Assembly (NCBI GenBank): GCA_001179505.1
Contig: CDMY01000791.1
Location: forward strand, 62,001 to 126,000
Reading direction: 5' to 3'
Source of the DNA: Vitrella brassicaformis CCMP3155
Taxonomy: Eukaryota; Protista; Chromerida
DNA: 64,000 nt
The notes under the pieces are model-generated. The model ran no database searches and was not told the origin of the DNA. It saw only the letters and a program-made list of their open reading frames with translations. The position numbers were made by a program, and so were the translations under genes. Below, piece after piece: positions 1 to 12,000 of the stretch (positions are counted from its first letter, which is position 1; every line of letters starts with the position of its first letter).

Positions 1-1752
1 CCGTCAGCTCCTCGAACACGCCCATGGCTCTTTCCAAGTGTCCACTCTCGCAATAAGCCTTCACGACAATGGCCAGGGTGATGAGGTTGGGCGGGGCGCC
101 GTCCTCGGTAATGCCACTCAGCACCCTGTCCATCCAACGCATGTTGCCCGCCCGGGCAGATGCCTCGAGCAGGCTGTTGTAGGTGGCGGTGTTGCAAAGT
201 AGGTAGCTCGCCCCGTCTCTGCGCATCTCATGGATGAGATTCATGGCGCGATCGACTTGGTGATGCTTGGCGAAGCCCCGAATGAGGCTGCTGTAGCCGG
301 CTGCGTCGGGTTTGATGCCGAAATCATCCATTAGATCGCACAGGCGGTCGATATGGTAGGCCTCACGAGCAACACCGAGCAACGCATTGAACAAGGCCTG
401 CAGATTGAAGACACAGGACACTGTCTGCAGTCTGTCTCTCTGTCTCCTTGCGGGTGTCGGTGCTGGTGTGTGCCCGCCTACCGCCGTTGTGGCCATTGGC
501 CTTTCGTCAGTACCTGAACATCCCCCGCCACCACCCGTCACGGACGGCCCAGCCGCTCGGCGCCTCTCCCGAATGCACACCTGGCGCAGCACTGTCAGTG
601 CCCAGTGCATCCTCTGCTCATCGATCCTCTCGACAGACAGCTGAAGCGTCTTGGCGAGGGCCGAGCAGGTGTAGCTGTCGGGCTGCAGGCGGCTGCTGAG
701 CATCTCCCCAACCAGCCGCCACACCAGGTCGCACTCGTGGCATTTGGCTGCCGTCGTGCACAAGGTGTTGTACGTGATGGTCGTGGGCTGCATCCCCAGG
801 GCCTTGAGCGCCTCGAACGCGTCCAGGGCGCTCGGGAGATCGTCCTGGATGGCGTGGCCTTTGATCAGTGTGTTGACGCTAATGGTGTCAAGAATGTCCG
901 GCTGGTGCTGCAGACACAGGTCAATGATGTCGCGGGCGAGTGAGACGCGCTTGGCGTTGACACAGATCGACAGCAGCTGGTTCAGCACGAGGGTGTCGGG
1001 CTCCACCCCACTCTCGCACATCATCTGCAGGCAGGCAGGCAGGCAAAATAAATCAGTGCCGACGGGAGGTACGGTGCCAATGTGCTTGCCCGGAAGAGCC
1101 TGATTGAGCTGCGGAAGTCGTTGTCCTTTGCGTGGATGCGCAGGACGGTCATGTATGCCTTGACAGACGGGCGGGCCATGCAGCACAGCTGATCGAAGAA
1201 CTCCAGGGCACGGGCCGGCTGGCCGCAGTCCACCGCGAAATGCAGCAGACAATTGAGCATCACACTGTCGGCCTCGAGGCCGTCAGACACCAACGTGTCA
1301 TACAGAGCCAACGCCTACATGGACACACACACACACACACACACACACCAGTACCTTCACCCGCTCTGTTGTCCTCCTCGCACCTTGCTGAAGTGCTGTT
1401 TGGCGGCATGAATCTTCATGACGGCGGCATAGAAGTGCAGTGACCGGGGGACCCCCAGCTCCCTCATGGCCTCCATGACCTCATCGGCCTGCCCGTCGCG
1501 GCCCCAGTGCACACAGCAGCTGATAAGCCCCAGAAACATCTTCTCAGACAAGGACCCAAAACAAGCGAGAGGCGCGTGCCGGTGGCGGCTCAGCGCCTCG
1601 CGAAAGAGGCGGCATGCGGCCAGATTTCTGTCGCCGCTGAGGCGGATGATGGTGGATGACAAACGGGACGGGTTTTCGGCGGTGATGAGGGCATCGATAT
1701 CGGGGATGTTTGGACTGCCTCGACGGCAGGATGGGGCGGAGGAGGGCGGCAT
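1..1752 (-). CDS. Pentatricopeptide repeat (P-type PPR) protein, multi-exon, 3' end runs off the window
   Basis: Spliced minus-strand exons give tandem ~35-aa PPR motifs: HFYAAVMKIHAAK, SVMLNCLLHFAVDCG, TLVLNQLLSICVNAK, ISVNTLIKGHAIQDD, TITYNTLCTTAAK, AGYSSLIRGFAKHHQVDRAMNLIHEM, TATYNSLLEASARAG, LITLAIVVKAYCESGHLERAMGVFEEL. ATG inferred at 1752. Confidence 0.9.
1323..1348. repeat. (AC)n microsatellite, representative of pervasive intronic simple repeats (AC/GT, CAGA/TCTG, GATG, CAG, CACCA)
   Basis: Seen directly. Similar tracts occur in most introns across the window, e.g. ~10920, ~12350, ~16040, ~42620. Confidence 0.95.
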
Positions 1753-1944
1753 GATGGCAGTCGACTGCAATGGATGGATGGATGGATGGATGGATGGATA
1801 GACTGGCAATAGCCGAACGGATGGGCGTATAGAGGGCTGCCGAGGATGGGAAAAGGAATTCTGGCAGAGCCCCGTTCCTTTTGCAATGCTGAGAATGAAG
1901 GATGGCACACTCGACGTCCTATCAAGGCCTATTTCTTATCGGCG

Positions 1945-1956
1945 TGCATGCATGCA
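1945..1956. promoter_or_regulatory. TGCATGCATGCA motif in the divergent promoter between the PPR and Ras-like genes
   Basis: Two overlapping TGCATGCA copies in the ~295 bp intergenic region. TGCATGCA is an established ApiAP2-bound upstream motif in apicomplexans. Function here is inference. Confidence 0.3.
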
Positions 1957-2046
1957 GAGGGTGGGGGCAATGAATCGCTGCCCCCACTCTAAGCTCGCCA
2001 TCTCCGCGACCTTTGGATCAGTAGCTGTCCATCTTATATTCCAGCC

Positions 2047-4113
2047 ATGGCATCTCAGTTTCCCTTCTTCCGGATCACTGTCGTGGGCGCTGGCGGCTGC
2101 GGCAAGACGTCCATCATCAACATGTTCGTCAACAACTACTGCCCAGTCGCATACGAAGAGACCGAATGGCCTGCGTAGGCAACTTAACTTGGATGAAAGG
2201 ACGAACGAAGATGCCAGACGATTGGACGGACGATTATCGATCTGCCTTTCCCTTCTCTCTCTGTGTGTGCGCTGCGTGTGCGTCCATCGGATGGATGGAT
2301 GTGTGTGTGCAGGTTGTATTACAAGACTGTTCGGCTGTCTGGCGAGGAGGAGGAGGGCAGGCGGGCGTCCGTCGTGGTCGAAGTAGAGGACACGTACGAT
2401 AAGCTCAGCTGAGCCATACACTGGAGGGAGGCACACACAGATCTGCACTGTGCTGTTTGTCTGTTTGTGTTTGGTGTTCCTGGTCAGTTATGCGTCCAAC
2501 AGGGGCGACGACGACCGCAATGTCAAGCGGTTCCTCAGCATGGAACGGACAGAGAGTGAGTGAGTGAGTCAGACGCACACGGGGGGGAGGTTTCTGTGCT
2601 TGATTGCATTTTCCATCCCTTCCCTCTGTGTGTATGGTATGGGTGTGCCCATCCATCCAGTTGTGATAGGCAAGGGCAAGGACGCCACCCCGTTTGGCCT
2701 CTGGTCGCCGCCCCTCCCGGCAGCCACGGCATACGACCACAACGCACTCACCAGAGGTCCGTCCGTCGGTCCTGTGCGGTGCATATCCACTCACTCCATA
2801 CGTGGTGTGGACATGTTTCTTGCTTGCCTTGTTCCGCCCGTCCATCTATCAGGTCGGATGGGCTACATGATCGTCTTTGACGTCACGGACAAGAAGTCGT
2901 TCGATGAGGTGAGAACGGCCGGCGGGGTCACGGGCTGTCTGCCACACGTGTGTGTGTGTGTGTGTGTGGTAAAGGCGTGTGGCATTTATCTGATGCTGCA
3001 AGAGGAGTTGGAAAAGAAACGGGTCGGTGGGCGGTTGTGTGAATGTCTGAGGTCCGGGCCACCCCTCTCTCTGTGTTCTCGCTGCTTTGGTGGATCCCTC
3101 CCATGTGTGTGTGTCCGTGCAGGAGAAGATCAAACCGATTGTCTTCCTGGTGGCCAACAAAATAGGCAGGGCCGTAACGAATTACACACCCAGAGATGAT
3201 AGGGATCGTAGGCGCCTACAAGCTGGTGTGTGGGCTGTGTGGTGTGTGCAGATAAGGAGAGCGACTCGCCGCAGGTGCGAGAGTGCATCCAAATCGCCGA
3301 GGCTTACAGGTAGGTGTGTTGATTTGGGTGGGCCTGGCCGTCCGTCCTGACGTGTGTGTTCCTCTGTGTCTGCGTGTCTGTCTGTCTGTCTGTCTGGGTA
3401 TGGTCAGCCAGAAGATGATGCTGCGGCTGTACAGGGTATCCGCCATCCAGAACAAGGCCATCAAAAAGGTCGGCCACCGACCAGCAAGCAATAGATGTGG
3501 CAGGCAGAGTCTATCTATGGCTGATTGTGTCATGCCATGCGTCGTCTGCTGCCCCTTGTGTTGTGCGCCTGGCCTTCAGTTGTTTCGTGACATGTTGACG
3601 ATGATCCGCGGCCACCAGCTGCTGTGGATGATGGAGGGCGAGGAAGAGGTAGTACGGAACAAACGCACTCAGGGGAGAAAGAACTTCCCTACCCCCCNNN
3701 NNNNNNNNNNNNNNNNNNNNNNNNNNNNNNNNNNNNNNNNNNNNNNNNNNNNNNNNNNNNNNNNNNNNNNNNNNNNNNNNNNNNNNNNNNNNNNNNNNNN
3801 NNNNNNNNNNNNNNNNNNNNNNNNNNNNNNNNNNNNNNNNNNNNNNNNNNNNNNNNNNNNNNNNNNNNNNNNNNNNNNNNNNNNNNNNNNNNNNNNNNNN
3901 NNNNNNNNNNNNNNNNNNNNNNNNNNNNNNNNNNNNNNNNNNNNNNNNNNNNNNNNNNNNNNNNNNNNNNNNNNNNNNNNNNNNNNNNNNNNNNNNNTTC
4001 CCCCCCCCCCCCCCCCCCCCCCCGCCCCCCACACATCCAACATTTGTTGTGTGCAGGAGGTAGAGGAGGAGGGCGTCGGCAGAGAGCAACCGACCATGTG
4101 TGCGGTCATGTGA
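2047..4113 (+). CDS. Atypical Ras-superfamily small GTPase with C-terminal CaaX (CAVM)
   Basis: Spliced product begins MASQFPFFRITVVGAGGCGKTSIINMFVNNYCPVAYEET (G1/G2). It continues VEDTYASN (G3 position), GYMIVFDVTDKKSF, FLVANKID (G4), YRVSAIQN (G5) and ends PTMCAVM*. Assembly gap 1 lies in the last intron. Confidence 0.85.
3698..3997. other. Assembly gap (300 N)
   Basis: Run of N flanked by poly-C tracts, inside a phase-0 intron of the Ras-like gene. Confidence 0.99.
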
Positions 4114-4969
4114 CTGACGACCCAGCCACCTAGCCTAGCCTAGCCGTCCAGCTTGCGAGACCTACCTACCTGCCCGTGTGGCCACATGTGGCTGTGTGTG
4201 ACGTGTGTGTGCATGCGCACCAAATGCACCCACCGCTCTGTGTACATAACATAGCAGACAGACAGCCTGGTGCAGTGGATGCAGTGCCCATGATATGATA
4301 GACGGGCTGCTGCAGGTTGGTTGACCCACCGGTGTATGGGATGGCATTTACGCATCAACGAACACTATATGAGTCCACACACGTAAGTAACGCCACGCTA
4401 CGTCCGTGTCGGCGCCTCTTCACCACCTGACCTGGTCTGGCCTGGCCTGGCCTTGCCGGGCAAAAGGCAGACCCCTTAGTCTACACACTACACACAAACA
4501 CAGACAGACACAGACAAACAGACACTCGACAGGCAGACAGACAGACAGGCAGGCAGGCAGGCAGACACCGAAAAAGTGTGTGGCGTGGCCGTGTTGTGTT
4601 TTGTAACCCACCCCAAAACGCTCCCAAACCTGCCCTGCTGATTGATCCATGGGTGCACCAACCACACACTACTAAATCCCTTCTTTGGTGTCTGTCTGTC
4701 TGCCTGTCTGTCTTTAACTGCGGCTAAACTGAGCAATCGCGTCACCACCACCCCACCCCACCCCGCCCGACCCACAAACACCCCCCAGCACCTCTCTCTC
4801 TGCCCCCGCCAAGCAAACCGAGACGGAAAAAGAGCTGCAATCAATCCCCCCCTGTGTGTGTGCATGATTCATCCATCGAGTACACAGGCAGGCGACGTCA
4901 CGCATAGCATCTGATCTGATGTGAGGTGATGTGATGTGATGTCGGGTCCCTCCCTCTTGTCTTGTGAGG

Positions 4970-5765
4970 TCAGGTCATCCATCCGTCCCAGTCGACGTGC
5001 AGGAAGAGGGCCGAGTCCATTTCTGCCGGCATCTGCCGCCCGTTCACCGCATGGCAGTAGAGGCTCGTGTGCAGCGACGAACACAGGGATCCGTCACGCA
5101 CCATCGCCCTCTGCAGCAAGCCACAGGTCGACCAACACACACCCACACCCACAGAGAGAGGAGACTCAAACGTACAAATGAAATGGGGGCATGCTTCTCT
5201 CTGCTGACTGTCTGACCTCTGCTGTGGGCTCCTGCAGCGCCTCGTGCATGGCCCTCCACGTGTGGCACTGAATCTCGCACTCGGACTCCTCCACACCGTC
5301 GTCATCGGCACCGTGCCCGTCGCTTGCCTCCTGTTGGGCCTCCTCCTCTCCCTCTCCCCCTTCCCCTTCCTCCTCCACCTCTTCGTCCCACTCGTCTCCT
5401 GCCATGTCGTCTGTGTCGGTATCATCATCGAAGGCCAGTTCATCATCGTAATCATCTTCATTCTCAGACTCGGTGCGGTCCATAGAGCGGTCATATGATG
5501 GGTCAGCTATCACCACCTTGCTGAGCTGCCCGTGGGTGCGCCTCATGGTGAGCTCCAGGTGGGCGATGGGGTCGCCAAACACGTCATGCAGGTCTATCTC
5601 GCCCGTCAGGTGCCGGCGCATCTGGATGGTGACGAACTCCAGCGGGGCTTGGGTGGAGAGGCAGAGGGCAGCATGGACAGGGTGGAGGGGCAGCACCACC
5701 AGAAACACAAGCAGCGCCAGCAGCGCACGAGAGGCGGGGCGAATGGATACATCCATCGGCTCCAT
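4970..5765 (-). CDS. Hypothetical signal-peptide protein with long acidic tract (2 exons supported; may extend further 3')
   Basis: ORF 5166..5765 has a hydrophobic leader (RALLALLVFLVVLPLHPVHA) and a ~60-aa D/E-rich tract. A GT-AG intron at 5216..5111 joins in frame to RAMVRDGSLCSSLHTSLYCH...LFLHVDWDGWMT*. Confidence 0.55.
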
Positions 5766-6030
5766 GTGTTGTGTTGTTGACGATCCTTGGACAGGCGCCC
5801 TGGTTGGTTTGGTTGCTGATGTCTACCCCTCCCTACACTGGCAAGAAGGGGCGGCAAACAGATGCACCCAGCTTGGCGCTAAGCTCGCAGATGTCTGCCA
5901 GCTCAGCTCTGAAGACGAGCGCAGCGTTTCTGCGCGCGTGTCGATAGTGGCCTGGCCTGGCCGGAGCAACCTTTTGTGGGAAGATCCGCCAGGCTTTGAT
6001 CGCCTCACCACATCACCAGTTAGTTTCGCA

Positions 6031-9000
6031 ATGAAAGACTCCCGGGAGATCTTTGCCCGGATGGCCAGATGCCTGGCAGCCATCGAGCAGGCACGCCACG
6101 CCCCAGCACCTCAGCACCACCAATGAGCGATTTCATTCATCGACTGTCTGTCACAGATATCTGAGTTATTATGTGATATGTGATATGTTATGTGTGTGAT
6201 GCAGGTGTCGTTGGAGCGGCTGTCTGCGTTCCTTTCCTACTGCCCGAGTGTCCCCCCCGAGTCGCCGCCACAGCCGCCCGCATGTCTGCAGCTGACGCAG
6301 GAGAGCCACGCTGCCCTCCTGGCCCTCGGCGACCTGCTCTCACACACACGGGATGACGCAGTCGTCGACAGGTGGCTGGGGCTGGCAATCAGTCAACACA
6401 CAACACGGGACAGGACGACAGGGAGGGCACGGGAGAGAGAGAGAGAGAGAGAGGAAGACGATATGTGGCTGGATGGCTGGATGGCTGTCTGACTCACTGG
6501 TGTCCTTGCCTTGCTTCCTCTCTCCCCTCAGGTGTCTGCCGCGCTACCTGTACTATTTTCAGAGCCTGCCAGTGATGCGCCCTCCTCCCGCCCCCCTCCC
6601 CACCGGCAGCAATGCAGGCCCCGACACCAACGCCACTGATGCCGATGCGCTGACTGAGGAGCTGGGCTACCTGCTCACCTGTGCGCTGGCCAGCGTGTGG
6701 CGCAAGTGCTGGACCAAACGGTCGGCCATACAGAAGTGCGTCGATCAGAGTGTGGTGGGGTGGCTGGACCGGTCTGCCGGCGGGGAGGGGGAGGTGCCGG
6801 CGCATCTGTGGGGGTGCCTGAAGGCCATGGCCTGCCCCTTCTTCCCCGTCACCAAGCCCATCCTGGAGACCCTTATCAGGCGGATTGGGCAGCTGGGGTA
6901 GGGTAGGCAGATCAGATGTATGTGCGAGCCTAGCCTTCTTGGTTGGTTATCCTCTGGTGCAACATACATATGTGTGTTTGTGTGTCTGTGTCTGTGTCTG
7001 TGTCAGTGGAGGTGATGCGCAATCGAGGCGGCTGCTGGGCGCTTACTTTTCCGTAGTGTTGTCGCCTCTGCGGATGGCGCACAGGGGCAGGGACGAGGCG
7101 GACCAGCATGTGTACAGTGACGATGCGCCACTGCAGGTATGTATGGAGACAGACGAATGAGTCAGGGAGGCGGGACGGATGGATGGACGGATGGATGTAT
7201 CACTCCTCAGGTCACTTTGGCGAGTGGCGATCGGTACACTCTCACGCCAAGCGACCGGCAGGCGCTCTTGGACAAGGTAAGCTGCGGTGCAGCCACAGAC
7301 ACAGACACACAGAGAAACAGGGCACGCACAGAGGGTCTGCACCCCAGCCATGCATGTTTCATGTGCGTGTCGCCCTTATCTTTCTTTCCACCCAGGCCGA
7401 CAATGAGGTGCAGGCATTCCTCCCCGTGTTAGAGGGGCTCTCCCGGCCTGTGTCTGTGTGTGGGGGTGAGGCCGCCCAGTCGTCCACCTCACCGGCATCG
7501 CTCATCCAGCGGAGCCAGTCGGCCGTCGACGCCGCATTCGCTATGGCGGCATGCGCCACACTCATGGACGACACACAAGGGTGGGGTGGGCATGGCATAC
7601 AGAAAACAGCTTTACAGCCTCACCTTTCCTGTCCTCTACCCGTTGTGTGCGATGGATGTGGTTTGGTGTGTGCAGGGTCGGTTTTGGGCGAGCAGAGCGG
7701 AGTGCAGTGACGCTCTGCCGCCGTGCGCTCGATTGTGCCGAGAACTGCCCGATCCTGGTGGAACATACAGACAGCCCCGGTGAGCCGAGCTGAACTGAAC
7801 TGCGACGCAATGCAACGAGCACACGTGATTGATGTGCTGTCGACGTACACGTGTGTGTAGATGGTGACGATGGTGGTGGTCCTGATGATGTGGCGGCGGC
7901 TGGAGAGGGGAGAGGCGACGGTGTGGTGGTGCTTCCGTGGGTGGTGCAGGAGTGCCTGCTGACCGTCGTGACGGCTGGATGTTGCGCCCTCGCCTGGCTC
8001 GCAAAGGCGCAACACGCGCGGGCGACAACACCCATTGAACGACTTTTCGGTAGGCATGGCATGGCTATCTATGGCCCACCGAAGTACACGCACAGAGGGT
8101 GCTGGCTGTGCTTTGCTGTGTTCAGAGCTGTTGCTAAGGCAGGATCCCTTCCGCCATCTCGCCGTATGTCCACCCCGACAACTCGCCGTAGGTGGCCACC
8201 TGGTGCTGCCCCTGAGCCACCTGAAGGCCTCCCTCCGGCTCAACATCGGCAGCACGCTCGAGTCACCACCCACTTTATCACCACAACCACAACCACAGGC
8301 GCCACCACCATCACCAGCACCAGCCCCAGCACCGGCAAGGCCAGCCGGACCCTCCCAATCCTCTGAACCCTCTCAGGCATCTCACGTCTGCCCGTGGGAC
8401 GAGCTGCATTGGCTGCTGGACGAAGGCGACCCCCAACAACAGCAGCAGCCACACACCGACACAGGCAGGAGCAGCAGCAGCAGCAGCAGCAGCAAGGCGC
8501 GTCTCTCAGAGTGCGAGTGTTTCACACGCATGGTGTGGTGCCTGGCCACTGCGTGCCTGCCACTCGGCTGTGCCAAAGGCGAGGCCCCCCTCACCACCAC
8601 CACCTTCAGCCCCCCCGTGTTGCGGCCGGCGGCAGAGGTGCGTGTGACGGTGGAGAGGGAGGACGGCCGGGGGGAGGTGGCCGTAGACATCGACATGGAG
8701 GCCGTCAGGAGGGCCACCATGGACGAGCAAGACGGAGATGGCGATGGCACCGGTGGCCCTACCGAAGAAGGTGGCCCGGTGTCGGTATTGCTGAGTCGGC
8801 TGATGGAGCACATCGACCACACCCGCACCAGTGAAGACAAGAGCGCCGCACTCACCAGCAGCAATCACGACGGCCGGGGTGGTGCGGGGTCCTTGGGCCT
8901 TGTTGGTGGAGCGAGGTCTGTGTCGTTTGGGAGCGGGGCGGCTGCAGAGGGGAGGAGGGGCGTCCAGCCATCCGCTGCTCAGAGAGATGCATGGGAAAGG

Positions 9001-12000
9001 ACACAAGGCACCAGAAAGGCACTCAAGGCAAGAATGACTGACTAACACACACACAGAGACAGACACCCAGAGGAAGGAACAACCGCAACCAGCCAACACA
9101 ACGGCATCCACCGCTCTCGCTCTCTGTGTGTGTGTGTCTTCTCCAGATAGTGTCCGGTTTGGTGTCATTGCTGGACACCCCCCAGCTGACGTCCCCCGCT
9201 TTGTCGAGCCTGACGCAGCAGTTCCTGACCCTGCTGGCCGACGCAGCGGCCTCCATGCCCCTCCACACCCACCGCACACTCATTCCACCACACCCATACC
9301 AGGGACACTCGGACTACACCGTGGCCACCACCAAGACACTCAGCGGCATCAGCGGCCGATCGGGATCAGGGGCGGACAGACCACCGCCACCACAGGGCGA
9401 GAGAGCGCGGCATGAGGGCATTTTGGTGATGCATTTGGAGGCCTATATTGTGGCCCTATGCGATATTGCCGTCCATGTGGTAGGCGCGAAACCGCGAGAG
9501 ATCCACAGAGCCGCCCAACAAGGCGGACGTCCTTGCACTTCACTTGTGTGTGTGGTTGTTGGTTTGGATGCAGAGCGGCAGCCGCTTCACTGCCTCGATA
9601 TTAGATCTGTTTCTGCGGCTGTTCAGCCAGTCCACTGTGCACTTCGAGGACGTCCGCCCCTCTCTCCTCCCCTCTCCCTCCGTCTCGCCCGCACCCACAC
9701 CGTCACACAAACAACAACAAGACGCCACACGACCACAGCAGCACCACCAGCAGCAGCAGCCTACACCACCCCCCGCACCACTGGCACCCGGCGGCGAGAG
9801 CAGCCTGAAGGGTGGTGAGCGGCCTCTGCAGCAGCAGGGGCCTCTGGCGTCGGCTCGTCTGCTGCCGGTGCTGGTGCGGGGACTGGGCAGGATGGGCAAG
9901 GAACTCAGCCACCCACTCAAGAGGGAGAAGTACATGAGGTCGGCGGAGGGGGCGGGGGAGGGGCGGGAGGGTGGAGAAGAGAAGAATGAGGAGGAGCGCA
10001 TAGCTTTGTGTGCTGTGCTGTGCCGTGCAGTGTGGTGTGGTGTGTGGTGTTGTCTGTCTGTCAGGACGTTGGGTTTGTTGGTGTTTGCGCAGTGCCGGAC
10101 GCACCGCATCCCGCCACTGCTCGCCGTCATGTGCGACCAAACCGATGGCATACCGGTAGGGAGGGAGGGACTTTGACTGACTGACACGGACGAACATGGG
10201 GACGGACGTGCTTACGTCAATGTCTTGTCTTCACGTGTGAGCGTGTGTGTGTGTGGATGTGTCAGTCTCGTGTGCGTGTGGTTGGTGTCAAGTCGGCCCG
10301 CGACATCATCTTGCAGCCGCCGGGGTGCCTGTGGATGACGGCCACGCCCTACCACACCGACGCCAATGTCGTCAACTTCTTCACTATGGTAATTAATTAG
10401 TGTTCAAAGACAGACAGCGAGGGGAGAGAAGACCACACCGAAGGGGAGGGAGGGAATCGCAGCACGCTGACAAAGCTTCACGTTATGTGCGGCTGGCTGG
10501 CTGGCTTGTGTAGATCTGGATGTCAGTCGTGCTGACCAAGAGCAGAGAGACCAGAATGTACGCGACCCTCCGACTCCCCCTCCCCTCCCCCCCACGCCAC
10601 CCCACCAGGCAGCTGTATATATCCTTCCTTTGTGTGTGCCGTGTGTGGCTTGGGTGCACTGCAGCGGTCCGTCCGAGAGGCTATCGTCTATGCTAGAGCG
10701 GCTGGCGCGCCTCTCGCCCGTCCTGGTCCACCTCACCACAGAGGACAGAACCACCACCTCCTCCGGAGGACCACCCACCGGCACACCGCTACAGCCGCCC
10801 CAGGCACTCGACCCCATTGCCCAGATCGACCAGCTGGCGCCACCCGAATTCCACCCCACCGCTGCCGAACACGTGGGCCAGCGCCATGTTTGTGTAGGGG
10901 AGTAATCTCTCTCCCTCTGTGTGTGTGTGTGCGTGTGTGTGTGTGTGTGTAGGGCTATTATCACCACCACTCGTTGAGCGTGTGGCTGCGGCAGACTGTG
11001 TGTGAGGCGGTGCCGTCCCTGGCCCCCCTGGCCACACAGCTGCCGCCGTCGCGGCTGCTCTACTGCCTCGCACTGGTGCATCTCGAGACCTATCGAGCCA
11101 AAGTGGGCACACCACACCACACCACACCGCACACGAGTGTGTTGGGTGTGTGTGTGTCTGTGTGTGTGTGTAGCATCGGAACATCTGCAGCTTGGTTGCG
11201 TACCTGCACAGCGAGGGGCTGCACAGAAATGCCGAAATGTCCGAGGCCATCGGTACGTGTCCAGTCCGCACACACAGACAAGACATGAACGCACCACGCG
11301 CCGCGCACCATACGACTCGTCACTCACTGTCTCTCTCTCTCCCTCTCTCTCTCTCTCTCTGTGTGGCGAATGTGTTCGCCTGCCTATTCCCCCGCCCACG
11401 GTACACTGATATAGATCGTGTGATAGACCACGTGGTTGACGAGTCCATCCAGCGGCTGCATGACGAACGACGCACATTCGCCAGAACGGCCCACCTGGGG
11501 CAGGTGCTGACCCACCTGATCGTGTCCTGTGTGCACCGCTGCGGCCGTGTGCGTTCCAAGGCCATGTCAATCCTGGAGCGGATGGCGGCGGCCTTCCCCG
11601 AGCTCATCTGGCACAGCAGCGTCATCAACACCACCATAGAGCTCCTCAACCACCTGGGCGAGCTCCTCAAGTCAGCCTACGACTGCAGGGTCGAGTCCTT
11701 CACCCTCACGCACCTCGACAGCTTCACCATCATGATACCCGAGGAGAGGGAGGTCTCGCGCGAGTCGTTCATCTTTCTGGCGCAGACTGCCGACAGATGG
11801 CTGAGGCGGGCCTTCTCGCTCAACTCCTATGAGACCAGGGGCGCCGTGGCGAGGTACATCATGCTCAGGGACCGGCAGCACGCCCAGGGGGTGCTGCGGG
11901 CGGGAGAGGTCAGGGGAAGCAGGCGCAGTGCTGGTGGTGGTGGTGGGAGTGGCGGTGTTGGCAGGGGTGGAGGTCGTGAGAGGGACAAGGCCGTGACGCA

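Noticed and set aside
3283-4133. ORFs spanning the N gaps (also 25014..25784)
   Set aside because: Artefacts of translating N; the real exons were assigned to the Ras-like and WRAP73 genes.
8460-8495. (CAG)n tracts in PI4KA and the FAAL (poly-S/Q) as a special repeat system
   Set aside because: Ordinary low-complexity coding microsatellites, common throughout this window.
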